Source of the DNA: Balanoglossus misakiensis
Taxonomy: Eukaryota > Animalia > Hemichordata
NCBI GenBank assembly: GCA_040954595.2
Contig: CM082583.2
Span: 3,357,060-3,421,059, forward strand
Length of the DNA: 64,000 nucleotides
Direction: 5' to 3'
The notes beneath the pieces were generated by a model that saw only the letters and a program-made list of their open reading frames with translations, made no database searches and was not told where the DNA came from. Position 1 is the stretch's first letter. Every line of letters begins with the position of its first letter. Below, piece after piece: positions 14,101-24,592 of the stretch. The translations under genes and the position numbers were made by a program.

Positions 14101-17100
14101 GTGGTGACTGTGCTTTGGGTGAACTGGGTGACTGAAAGACATGTCATCAGAAATCGTTGTGTTAGCGAACAAGCATACAACACTAACTCTACTTACATTT
14201 ATACCGGTTCACACACAGAAAAATTTGAGAAACTATTTGCCTATGGTAAACATAGAGCATTAAACCTTTGAGTCTCGTTGTGTCCACACACACAAAGTTT
14301 ATGTACAGGCGCTGAGGCTCAGTCCCATATACCCCTTTCTCACGTGCCGTCAACGCCGCCCCAGCGGCGGTGCTAGGGCGGCGTTAATTTGTAAGTGCCA
14401 GGTGTGAAAAGGTGAGAGCGGCCCTGCGCCGCTCTTTTTTTGTGACGGTGTTGAGGGGTGGGACCTGGGTCGGGGCGCCGCACTAAACAGCGATTCAAAT
14501 CACGTGTGAACAGAAACACCGCACTAAACGCCGATCTAAACGCACTCTGCCGACGCGGTTTGAGGGGATACAAGTGGCAGTTTCTAATGAGCTTGCATGT
14601 AAAATTACCCCTCTGAAAAGAGCGATGTTTAGCACCTTGCTTAGTCAACGGTCAATTTGCCTTGTTGCTGATGGTCATCAGTAAAATGAGGAGCCCCAAA
14701 ACCTACAGGCAAAGCCTTGAGGTAGTCGGAACTTACTGCAGCTGGGGCTCTGCTGAAAAAATTGAGACGCCCAGTGGAAGTGGTAGTGAAACTTGTAGCA
14801 AAGTTCATGGTGATAATTGCTAGGCAACTAGGTCTTGCCATTGTCTAGCTAAAAATACATCCCTGTGCGTGAATAAATTAAAAACGTCTTTGTCCCAAGG
14901 GACCAACTCAAAGCGTTCCCACATCCCGGTATGCTTTTACTACTAGCATGGAGTCATGCTACTAGTATATTACGCACTGGTTTCAAAGCTGTAAGACTCA
15001 CAGGCGGTACCGTAGAAGCGCTTATACTTATAGGATGACTGTACAAAAACTGGAAAAGTGTGGATTTTCTCGGATCTTCCATTTATTTGATGTGGAACAA
15101 CAAATGGGACAAGTGGCGAAATGTGTCCTTGATTTTCAATCGCACCATGAAGCCTATTTGAACCTAATTTGCATAAATGTCCGAGGGGGTCCTTCTGGCA
15201 CTTTGGCTCATTTTTACCCCCATTGTTTCATCTTTTTGTAAAGAATAATTATTTTTTCCTGGTCGAACCGAAGGATAGATTACGGTATACGCTGTTTGGG
15301 TATAAGTCCAGAGCTACATATACAGTAAACACATCACTGAATCCGCCATTGTGACCTTTAGCCACTCTGCTGTGGACGCATTGAGTGCGGTGATCCCGTC
15401 CCTTTTATACACATGTGAATGCAAAACTATTTGAGTCGCTGATAAGAAATGTTTGCCAACTTTTATAATCCCGAAAAGGGCGCCCTAATCATTTCACGTG
15501 AGAAAGCCCTTATAGACAATGGGTTGCGGAGAGGTGTTAATCCTTACACAGGTCAGGTCTGGCCGGCAAATCCATCGCAAATCTAAGCCGTTTCAGAACC
15601 ACTATACACCGTCCACACATGATTTTTTAAGACGGTATCTGATCTGAGACGCTTCAGAACCGTCTTTAATGGTGTGTGTGACCCCCATATTATTTCACTT
15701 GGTACAACAAAGTCTCAAAGTGTTTTTCTTTGACATATGAGCAGCTTACCTGGCTTCTGCTGCCCATACTTTTTTTATCCAGTGCTTCTAGACTTGATGC
15801 CGCTGCTGGAACTTCAGAAGGATTGTTTCCTTCAACACCACCTTCAGTACCGTCAGCATCCTTTAAATACCAAAAGACACATTTTCAAGAATCAAAATAA
15901 CATATATACCATGCACACTATGATCAGTATTATACAGAGTGCAATGTAATATATAAATGAACTGGACAAAAGGTTAACAGGAGCCCTACCTGCTACATGA
16001 AAATTTTAAGCTGAAAAGAAAACAATAGCATACACCAGAACACAAAATATAAAAAAGTTCCATTATACAATAAATGAACACTCCAGAACATAGACTGAAA
16101 GATGTGTCATTTGAGGATGTTTCCTACACTCCCCTCCCTTACCAGAGGGGGGAGGGGGTAATCTTTCAGTCTAAACAAGTGCCCCCAGTTCATTGGTTTT
16201 TTTTTTCAAATCTACCTGCTACATGAAAATTTTAAGCTGAAAAGAAAACAATAGCATACACCAGAACACAAAATATAAAAAAGTTCCATTATACAATAAA
16301 TGAACACTCCAGAACATAGACTGAAAGATGTGTCATTTGAGGATGTTTCCTACACTCCCCTCCCTTACCAGAGGGGGGAGGGGGTAATCTTTCAGTCTAA
16401 ACAAGTGCCCCCAGTTCATTGTTTTTTTTTTTCAAATCTGTTTGAGATGTAACTAGAATTTTACAGAAAACAAATCTATTGTCTTAGTATTGTCTATGAT
16501 GCAATATCATCCATTGGCTTATCAAACACAATGGCCATCTAAATTGACAATAACTTGAGTTTGAGTTGAGCTATACTACTGGAATTGTTGCTCAAGGTTG
16601 CTCTCTAGGAATCATGAACAGCACCCTCAAGTCAAAAAGCTATCAGTCTAGTATTGAATTTGAAACTACCGGTACATACAAATCACTGTGTCATGCATTC
16701 AGTGTTCCATTCAGGATGGCTTTAACATCATTTTTTTTTTTTTTTTTTTGGGGGGGGGGGGGCAAGGGGGAATGTAATATCTCTAATGTTAGTGACATTA
16801 TTTTAAGAGGTACTGCAGCCCTCCCCCCTTGATGCAACACTGTTATGCCACACATAAAGATAACTCACTGGTTTGTCATGTGGAGACGGTGCTTTTGGTG
16901 GTTGCTGTTGTTTTAATAAATGGGCATGTGCTGCTTCGAATTCCCGAATCCAATTATCTCTTGGAAGTTTGTGAATTTCAATCCAGCAGTCTGCACCACC
17001 TGTTTAAGAGATTGAACAAACATCATTAAAATGAAATTTTAAAATTATATTAAATGAGAAAAAAGTTTAATTTTCTATCAAGGCTTCAAATCATAAAGTG

Positions 17101-18982
17101 TCCCAGGGTAAATAATGTAAGACACAATCAATTACCATTTACCGGTATTGACCAATAAACAGAAGACCGTTCAATGCTAACTGGTCAGCTAAATAATATG
17201 TCATTCTGATACAGATCATTTCAATGTATAAACTGAAAATATTACATTAAAAGGGGTCCAATTGTCTCGCTAGGTGGATATGAAATAATTTATCTTCATT
17301 AATTTCAACAAATATTACTAACGTCACCTACACCTTCACTTTGAATTACCCGAAGAAATCAGACCAGCTCAAAGGCTTTGTAGTCGATCAGAAGTGAAAG
17401 AAAGCAAATATACAGAAAAAAGGATTAATAATACTAGACCCACACTTACTTTCAAGTGTTACTGCAGCATAGTCTCCTTCATTTGACAATTGGCATTTCG
17501 ATGTGATAGTCTTTGTACCACTTTCACTTTCATTCAACACTTTCAATAAATACAAACCCTCATATGCACAAAAAAACAGTCTCGCAACACCTGAAAAACA
17601 GAATCAGTAACATAGAAACAATGCATTGCAATATCAATCAAGCTTTAATATCAAACAAGAAAATGGTTTTCATCTATTTTAAGTAGCATTGTTAAATTAA
17701 TGGTAGCAATGAGTTAGGCAGATGATTCCATTACTGTAAAGTGGCATTACACGACATAGCAAAGTCCCCCAAAATACAATACATTATGTTTTTAGGTATT
17801 ACCTGCTAAAAATGTTGCTCTAAACCCACGCATGCAATCAGCTATCACTTTGATTCAAGTACAATCACACTTCTCTGCAACTAGTGCAGGAAAACTTTGA
17901 GTTGACTCATGGTATTATTGAAAATGATAAATCAATAGATTTTAACCTACCCATGTCGTCAACAGCTGCAATCAGGTACATTTGCACTGACACAAGACTG
18001 ACATAGATACTAGAGATTTCTACACCTTCCTCTTCCCACGTTGTAATTTTACTTTGAGTAGCAGCATCAATGACTACTAAACCATTAGGCAACCCAACAA
18101 ATATATACCTCCCATCTTTACTGTCTGCAAGACAATTCGCTGTTCCAAAATCCTGTAATAAATAAGATTAGCCTATTATTCAATTATCTGTGTTGCACAT
18201 TTATGAACATGTCTCTCATCAAAATTCCAGTTGCTGTAATTTTTTGCTATATTTTCAGTATTTTTGTTTTGTGTATCCACTGCAGTTTCTTGTTCAAATT
18301 CCTGAAACATGTTGCCCTGCATTTAGGGACTGGTCAGTTTCTTCAGCCGGGGGGGGGGGTATATTTGTTGTTGAAATCAAAAATTAGGTAACCCCCTAGC
18401 TGCAATGATTGTAGCGGCCGGTGCTGCTTGGTTGACTGGTAATGCACCTAGCAGCACCCGCTACAATCATTGCAGCTAGTAACCCCCCCCCCCCCCATGC
18501 CAACTTTCACAAACTTTAGCGAATGAATAACAGTGAAAATGTAATGCATATATGCATACATTTAAATGAGTCATTACAATAGTTGGCAGACATGGTAGTA
18601 AATCAAGTAAATTAAGTGAAGGGTGTGTGTGTGGGAGGGGGTGTCCCCCTCGACCCTCCCACACTAGAATTCGTTTGTCAACAATAACAATCCTCAAATC
18701 AGAACCATCGAGCAACGTACTCACCTGCATCTGCACTGCACATTCATATCGTGGTGGTCGCACACGCGACGTCTCCTCTAATCTTATTGCTTCTCTGTTA
18801 CTTACTATTTCCCAGGCATCGTCGATCAACAAATTTAGAATTTTATCTATCATTCGAAATGGCTGAGGAAGTTGATCATGCAACTGTTCGGGATCTGTCA
18901 AAAACTCGTCATCGTCGCTTATGAGTTCGCTAAGGGACGGTGGCGTAATTGACAACAAATTTTTCCTTACGTACACAGGCAT
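5103..18982 (-). CDS. WDR93: WD repeat-containing protein 93, about 740 aa, 14 coding exons
   Basis: Exons 18982-18725, 18152-17951, 17590-17450, 16999-16869, 15860-15750, 14131-13984, 13799-13613, 13137-12986, 8638-8507, 7719-7503, 6873-6813, 6366-6210, 6009-5832 and 5250-5103. All introns are GT-AG and the phases close to 2223 nt. The motifs DQLPQPFRMIDKILNLLIDDAWEIV, LIAAVDDMGVARLF, EGLYLLKVLNE and LWPNACPISAIAASPC match WDR93 as I recall it. Confidence 0.92.
7943..8102. mobile_element. hAT-type MITE, 160 bp
   Basis: TIR CAGTGTGCCCTCTAA / TTAGAGGGCACACTG; perfect 8-bp TSD GTGGTCAT (7935-7942 and 8103-8110). Confidence 0.88.
10184..10323. mobile_element. Truncated second copy of the 7943-8102 hAT MITE
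   Basis: CAGTGTGCCCTCTAAGC...CAACAAACTCACTGGTGACTCAAGAAAATT...CATGCAAAGGTATAGGGCTGG is shared; the right TIR is absent. Confidence 0.8.
11219..11248 (-). CDS. WDR93: Candidate 30-nt symmetric cassette microexon of WDR93 (APTDKRSGNV)
   Basis: Minus strand: pyrimidine tract TTTTTCTCTCTTTTTC...CATTGTAG|CTCCAACAGACAAGCGCTCTGGTAATGTTG|GTAAGT. It is phase 1-1 like the flanking exons and has no stop. Confidence 0.6.
11779..12019. mobile_element. TTAA-specific MITE (Kolobok-like)
   Basis: TTAA|AGGGAAGTGGCCGTCGCGC ... GTGCGACGACTGCTTCCCT|TTAA. Confidence 0.75.
12342..12572. mobile_element. hAT-like MITE
   Basis: TIR CAGTGTTCTCCCCAG / CTGGGGAGAACACTA; no clean TSD. Confidence 0.6.
14331..15510. mobile_element. 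GC-richer non-autonomous DNA transposon (PIF/Harbinger-like) in WDR93 intron
   Basis: Ends ACCCCTTTCTCACGTG / CACGTGAGAAAGCCCT with TA-rich flanks; GC content is clearly above the surrounding intron. Confidence 0.6.
15603..15689. repeat. Short hairpin-containing interspersed repeat; second copy at 50864-50952
   Basis: AAGACGGTATCTGATCTGAGACGCTTCAGAACCGTCTTTAATGGTGTGTGTG is identical at both loci. Confidence 0.85.
15986..16439. repeat. Near-perfect 226-bp tandem duplication; each unit carries an 83-bp TAG-ended MITE
   Basis: Units start at 15986 and 16212. Each contains AACA|TAGACTGAAAGAT...ATCTTTCAGTCTA|AACA (16091-16173 and 16317-16399) with a 4-bp TSD, Academ-like. Confidence 0.92.
18397..18478. 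mobile_element. 82-bp foldback MITE with TAG ends and 9-bp TSD (AcademH-like)
   Basis: TIR TAGCTGCAATGATTGTAGCGG / CCGCTACAATCATTGCAGCTA; TSD GTAACCCCC (18388-18396 and 18479-18487). Confidence 0.88.
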
Positions 18983-20304
18983 TTTGAATTCGTTTGGAAC
19001 CTAAGCTTTAAAAGAGACAACTTGGCAATAAGTACAACAATAACAATCGTAACCCATCAGTTTCTTCTGCTGCTAGGTCGCCATTTTCAATCTAGCAACA
19101 AGCTCAAAACGAGGCCAGGTCAACTCTCGTCGTTACCGAGATTCGTGAAGTGAGATGTTGAATTGATTTTCAAGCCGCGGTATGTTAGGCTGCATTCACA
19201 AACACCTCTGGAGGGGGGGGCAGGAGAATTGAGGGGGGGGATTTGAAAAAATTGAGGGTATGTAAGGGGGGGATTTGAAATAATTTAGGGACTGAAAGGG
19301 GGGGACTTGAAAACTTTGACGACTAAATATTTATTTTGAGTCCACAAAAATGCAGTTTCGCGCCCTTTATTTTACAAAATTTTCTAATGTGGGAGGGGGA
19401 CACCCCCTCCCACACCCACCCCCTCCATTCATCAACACCTTTCAATCATTTACTGCTTTATCCTGTGTCCCAGGTCAGGGGACTTGCCCCCACCCCATGA
19501 TAACTTTGAGCGGCGACGGTTTAATTTGTCCTCCCCAACATACCGGTAGTTGAGTTAATTTGCTTTTGCTGGGTTCATTAAAATGCAGCTTTGAGCTCTG
19601 TATTTTATAAAATTTTCTTACGTGGGAGGGGGACACCCCCTCCCAAACCCACCCCCTTCAATTCTCGGTTTACAATGTCTCCCAACACAGAATACAAATA
19701 CTTAACCAATAAAAACAATGTTCAGTTTTAATACCCACTGATGAGGGGAAACATCAGTTTCAAATTCTTTTCATGGGAACGCTGTTTTTCTTTTTTACAA
19801 GATAGATGTGTTTTGCTCTGTGAAAGAAAATGGGGGGGGGGGGATTTCAAAATTTTGGCAGTACGGAAGGGGGGGATTTCAAAATATTTCGGGTTGTGTG
19901 GGGGGGCATGTGAAAATTAGCGGTAAAAAAAATTGAATTCTCCCGCCCCCCCCTCCAGAGGTGTTTGTGAATGCAGCCTTATGCGTTTTGTCATAATTTG
20001 TTGTTCACAGACCAAGTTTATTAAATTAAAACTAGTATACTGAGGTGAGAGGTTACGTCGAACCTTATATCTAAAAATATCACAGGGCTTCTCTCCAAGG
20101 TCGCAAAGTTCATTGACCTTTACCCCAGAGCGACTGCTGATCACCTGATACTGCAGTTATTTATACGATGATTGCCGGCGACATGCATATAAAGGTGCTG
20201 CTCCTGTTATAATCAGATATTGTCTCTACTTTGTAAAAACTGCCCTTTGAAGCTGTACTTTGACCGGGGAAAAGTTGACGCACGTTTGGAAAAGTGAGTC
20301 GACA
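18983..20304. promoter_or_regulatory. Divergent (probably bidirectional) WDR93/PEX11 promoter region
   Basis: Head-to-head start codons at 18982(-) and 20305(+). Minus-strand AAAATGGCG (YY1-like, ~19079-19087) and GTTGCTAG (RFX half-site-like, ~19092-19099). Confidence 0.6.
19188..19978. mobile_element. G/C-tract-rich MITE with TTA TSD (PIF/Harbinger-like), copy 1
   Basis: TTA|GGCTGCATTCACAAACACCTCTGGAGGGGG ... CCCCTCCAGAGGTGTTTGTGAATGCAGCC|TTA; near-identical to 25837-26647. Confidence 0.93.
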
Positions 20305-22568
20305 ATGGATGTGGTGAGCAGCATCGTACAGTACAACGCCCAGGTTTCAGGCAGGGATAAAGTGTGCAGGTACATTGTTACTATCCGCAGCCAGTGACTC
20401 CTGCGCTGCTCATGTGCATGCAGTACAAGAGCTTGAGATTTGCCTGGTATTTTTGGGTTGACGGCAAAACCAGGTCTGGCTGCTTCTGACGGCCATCTCT
20501 CAACACCTGGCAAAACCTCGAACTACAGTACTGCATCTGCAACTTTTAGTCCAGAACTTTGAAGCTCTTTTACTTGTCATGAGTGTGGTAATCGTTGACT
20601 GGTTTTTAACGGGAGTAAATGCATAAACCTCCTCCCTAGACTAGACGGCAAAGGGGGTGCATCAGCCTGTAGCCCATACATGCCTGCTTGTGAAAGACTC
20701 ACGATTTATACCTGTGTGTGAGTTAGAGTTGCTTCATGGTAAAAGGACAATAGTCAGGTTTTCAATGTGAATGCATTAGTGAAGACGTCAAAAAATTGCG
20801 AACAAAAAATCGTATGCATACATGTACTAACGGTACTATAGTATGCAATATACCTTTCTGTTATAAAACATCAGTAGCAAACTCAGTCACTGGCTTTTTA
20901 GTGCTGTAACATCCCATTGAAGCGATGCCCTCTTGATTATATGGATGCATCATAAACTATTTAAAATTTATCTGCAAATTCTAAAAAATGTATGAATCCA
21001 AATATCAGCACATTTACTTGAAGATGTGAAATAATAATGGTAAAAAAACTTCTTTTATAAACATTTCGAATTCATGTTCAGAGCCAATCTGATTAAAATC
21101 AGATGTAGGGAACGGCGACGTGTTTTTTTTATGCTGTCGCCTCACACGTCGCCGTTCCCTACATCTGATTTTAATCAGATTGGTTCAGAGCCAAATGATT
21201 TATATACCCCACCAAAATTGGAAACTGATGGTCACCTCCGTGTTATGGTACCGACAAACTGATGATGTCATATAGACTAACAAGCATGGTACATCACACT
21301 TTCCAAATCCCAACAAGTAATGTGTACAATTGTTACCATGTTCTTTCATAATGTAGGCGTCTTAATTATTTTTATATGTGCAGATTTTTCCAATATGGAT
21401 GTAAGTTTACATCATGGTCACTGAGAAGATTGGAAAAAGATGAAGAAGTTATCGTGAAGGCAAAGAATTTAGAGAATACATTAAGTGCAACCAGAAAGTG
21501 TAAGCATGGGTCACTTCTGCCATTCAACTGTAGAAAATCTTCAGGCAATGCTCTTTGTGGGAAAATGTTTGATTTCATTGGACCAGGCTGTAATTGTCAA
21601 GCATTCTAGTAGAAATGACCTGGGAAGTCAAAGGTTACATCTGTGAGAGATTAAACAATAACAGGTTGACAGTTACAGTTTTGGTATAGATGAATTCTAC
21701 ACAGCATATTCTGTCAGCTTTTAATTGCTTTTTGGGTCCCTTCAAACATCAAAGCTCCTCTTTCTCTCAGAGTTTACATGATGAACACATCTCTATAAAG
21801 GACAGAGGGTTTGAACAGTGTATACAACCATACTTATTCATCCTCATTTTTGTTGCTGGCTAATACTTAACATGTATTTCCAAAAGATTGTCTGGATGTG
21901 AAAATCTGAGATCTTGAATTATGTGGTAACAGCTGATAAATATTGCATTGTTTTTTTCAGTGTTGAGATTTGGCAAGAGTTTAGATCTGATCCAAGAATC
22001 TCTGAAGACCATTCGTCTGCCAGATATCTTTATGAGGGTAACAATAACACTAACAAAACTGAATACTGCAGTGTATCTTCTTGTGGACCATGCACTTTGG
22101 GGTGAAAGAGTTGGCCTGCTGAAGCTGGACAAGAAATACTACAGGAATTTATCTGCCAGATTTTGGCTATTCACTCTCATATTGTCACTTGCAAGAGACA
22201 TATATGAAATCTTGGTCCTGGTGAAGAATATGTCAAGACTTCAGAGAGCAAAGAAAGAGAGTGATGGGCAGAAAAGCTGTGTACATAGTGGGAATGATGC
22301 TGGCCGACCTGTTCCTTCACAAAATGGAGTTGTTAGATGGCAGTCTTCAGATCAGGGGGAATTCCAATTAAGTCTTGTTCCAAAGTGTCTTCAGCAGAAT
22401 TACCCACTAGCTCTGGATACATTGAAGAATGGTGCAGATCTATTTCTACCTCTGTCAAGTCTGGGTTTCTTGAGAATTTCATCAGGATTACAAGGAATTC
22501 TGGGAATGGTATCATCACTTGTTGGTATTATTACAGTCTGGGACAGTAAATATAAACTCAAACCTTAA
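20305..22568 (+). CDS. PEX11: Peroxisomal membrane protein PEX11 (alpha/beta type), 262 aa
   Basis: Exons 20305-20369 (MDVVSSIVQYNAQVSGRDKVCR), 21384-21499 (FFQYGCKF...LSATRK) and 21961-22568 (LLRFGKS...YLLVDHALW...LDTLKNGADLFLPL...GMVSSLVGIITVWDSKYKLKP*). Total 789 nt, GT-AG introns. Confidence 0.95.
21085..21182. mobile_element. 98-bp foldback MITE with CA..TG ends and 9-bp TSD
   Basis: About 39-bp TIR CAATCTGATTAAAATCAGATGTAGGGAACGGCGACGTG; TSD GTTCAGAGC (21076-21084 and 21183-21191). Confidence 0.9.
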
Positions 22569-24592
22569 CAACTCATTTTAGTGTTATCTCTGCTTGAATT
22601 TCAGGCAAGTTGGTGTAATTTAATTTCATTCCATTTTAAGAAACTGAAACGGGGAATTAAAGAGGCAAAGTGGCTTTTTTTGACCATTTTTGGTCAATTT
22701 TGTTTGATGCAAAATGTTGTCTATGCTATTTAACTTCTGGTCAACAGTAAACAAACTTCACTCTGCTTGTAGACAGACTAGATTAAACATTTGATAAAAT
22801 ATATTTAGCTAGGTACCTTTAAATCAAGGGAGTCGTGGCTCGAATGCACACCGTTACATAAGGATAATAGGCCATTGTGATGAGACCTTCATATACATGT
22901 ACATTTTGTAGATAATTATATGGGTGACATTTTACTATTCTGTACGTGGCATTCTTTATTTGTTTGATCAAAGTAAGTTGGCGTTGAAGTAATTATTTTG
23001 TATAGGGGTCACTGAAAAAACTACCAAATTATTACTTTACATACAGCAAAAAGGGCTTCCTAATGTAAGGCTGATTTTGTCGTATATATCTCCAGGGGTT
23101 TGGTTTAGTCAGTAAGTCATTTTGACAAACCACAAATCATGGGATTTTCCTACAAAAATTGAGTTTCTCCAACTTGCTATAATCTAATCATTGGAAGAAA
23201 GTAGCACCTGTTCGATACCGGTAGAAATCATTCCAACGATGACAACTTTCAAATTCCTTTTGTAATTTGAAATCCCCCCTTAGCATTGTGGAGGATTTTT
23301 GTAGCCTCATCTCAATTGAGCATGCATTGTGTGTACCGATAAGTTACTATCAAGGTGCATGTGCCCATATATTGAAAAGTAAAAAACAAGTTTTATATTA
23401 TGATATATTTTCAAATAATTTTAGAAGACACTTTTGAAAGGATTACACATCTGTATCATGTTCGTAATATACAGATTGGCAAATGCTGTCAAGAAATGTT
23501 TTATCTATCCAAGAATGCTTGTAGTTGAACTTATCTGCAGGTTCCATTGCATTTACAAACTATGAATGATCAATGACAGAAGAGTCTAGAATCGGTTGAA
23601 AATATATTTATCTGACTACTTTTGATACTGAAATGTGTTATTGGACACAAGCCCTACACTGAACTGACTGTCTTCTGTGCACAATAGGATCTGACGGGGA
23701 TAAAAGTGACCAAGTTTTCTAGTTTACAATTATCATGTACATGTCATTTGGAGAAGTCCATTTTCTCTGAATGAATGTATCTATACAAGGGATTATTTTC
23801 AAAATACCAGTATGAGAAGATTTGACAGACATTGACAATTTCAAAACTTAACATGATTATTTGCGGGATTTCTATGTAGTCACCATGAAATAATGACGAG
23901 TAATTTTCTGAAAATACGAGAGAGTGCAATTAAAAGAAGTCACTGAATACATTGCAAGGATCTTATTTAGATGATCAGATTTTATACTATTTTAAACACT
24001 TGTACAGTATTTTTAAATGATTTTCACAAAATGAGAGATAATTTCAACCAAAATATTCCATTTCTTTCACTAAATAATATATTTATGTATGAGAATTTGG
24101 ATTCCTTGGTTGTGTTCTCAATTGTCATATTGGTTGTAATAATAAAAATAAAACATGCAATACCTATGATAAAACTATAGTTGAGTCGGATTCATGGACA
24201 GACCCAAGATATCCTGGAACCAGTGTGTAAAGTGAAGAAAAGCCAATGCCATTTGTTATTCTTCGATATCAAATGACGTCACACGTGGTCAGGCGGCAGT
24301 TACATTCACATTCAAATTTCCAGATGACGGGCAAAAAGCGCAACTTCAACAACTTGGTCCAGGCAAAGACTGCAGATGAAAAGCCATGAGGCTGATAAGG
24401 CACCATACATTATACATGTTACGTGTCTGGCAGTTCTAAAGTAAAAACATGCTTAGAAAAACTTTTACTGGATGCTGAAATATTGCTTGATAGTAAAAGA
24501 ATTTTCTTGGGGCGTAAAGGCTGCCTCGACCAGCTATGACGGAACCCTTATTAATATTTCACGAGGAGGCTCGTCCTAACGCAAAATTTTTA

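Noticed and set aside
19100-19185. GCG|GTATGT donor as a PEX11 first coding exon
   Set aside because: The required frame has an upstream TGA and no ATG; the real first coding exon is 20305-20369.
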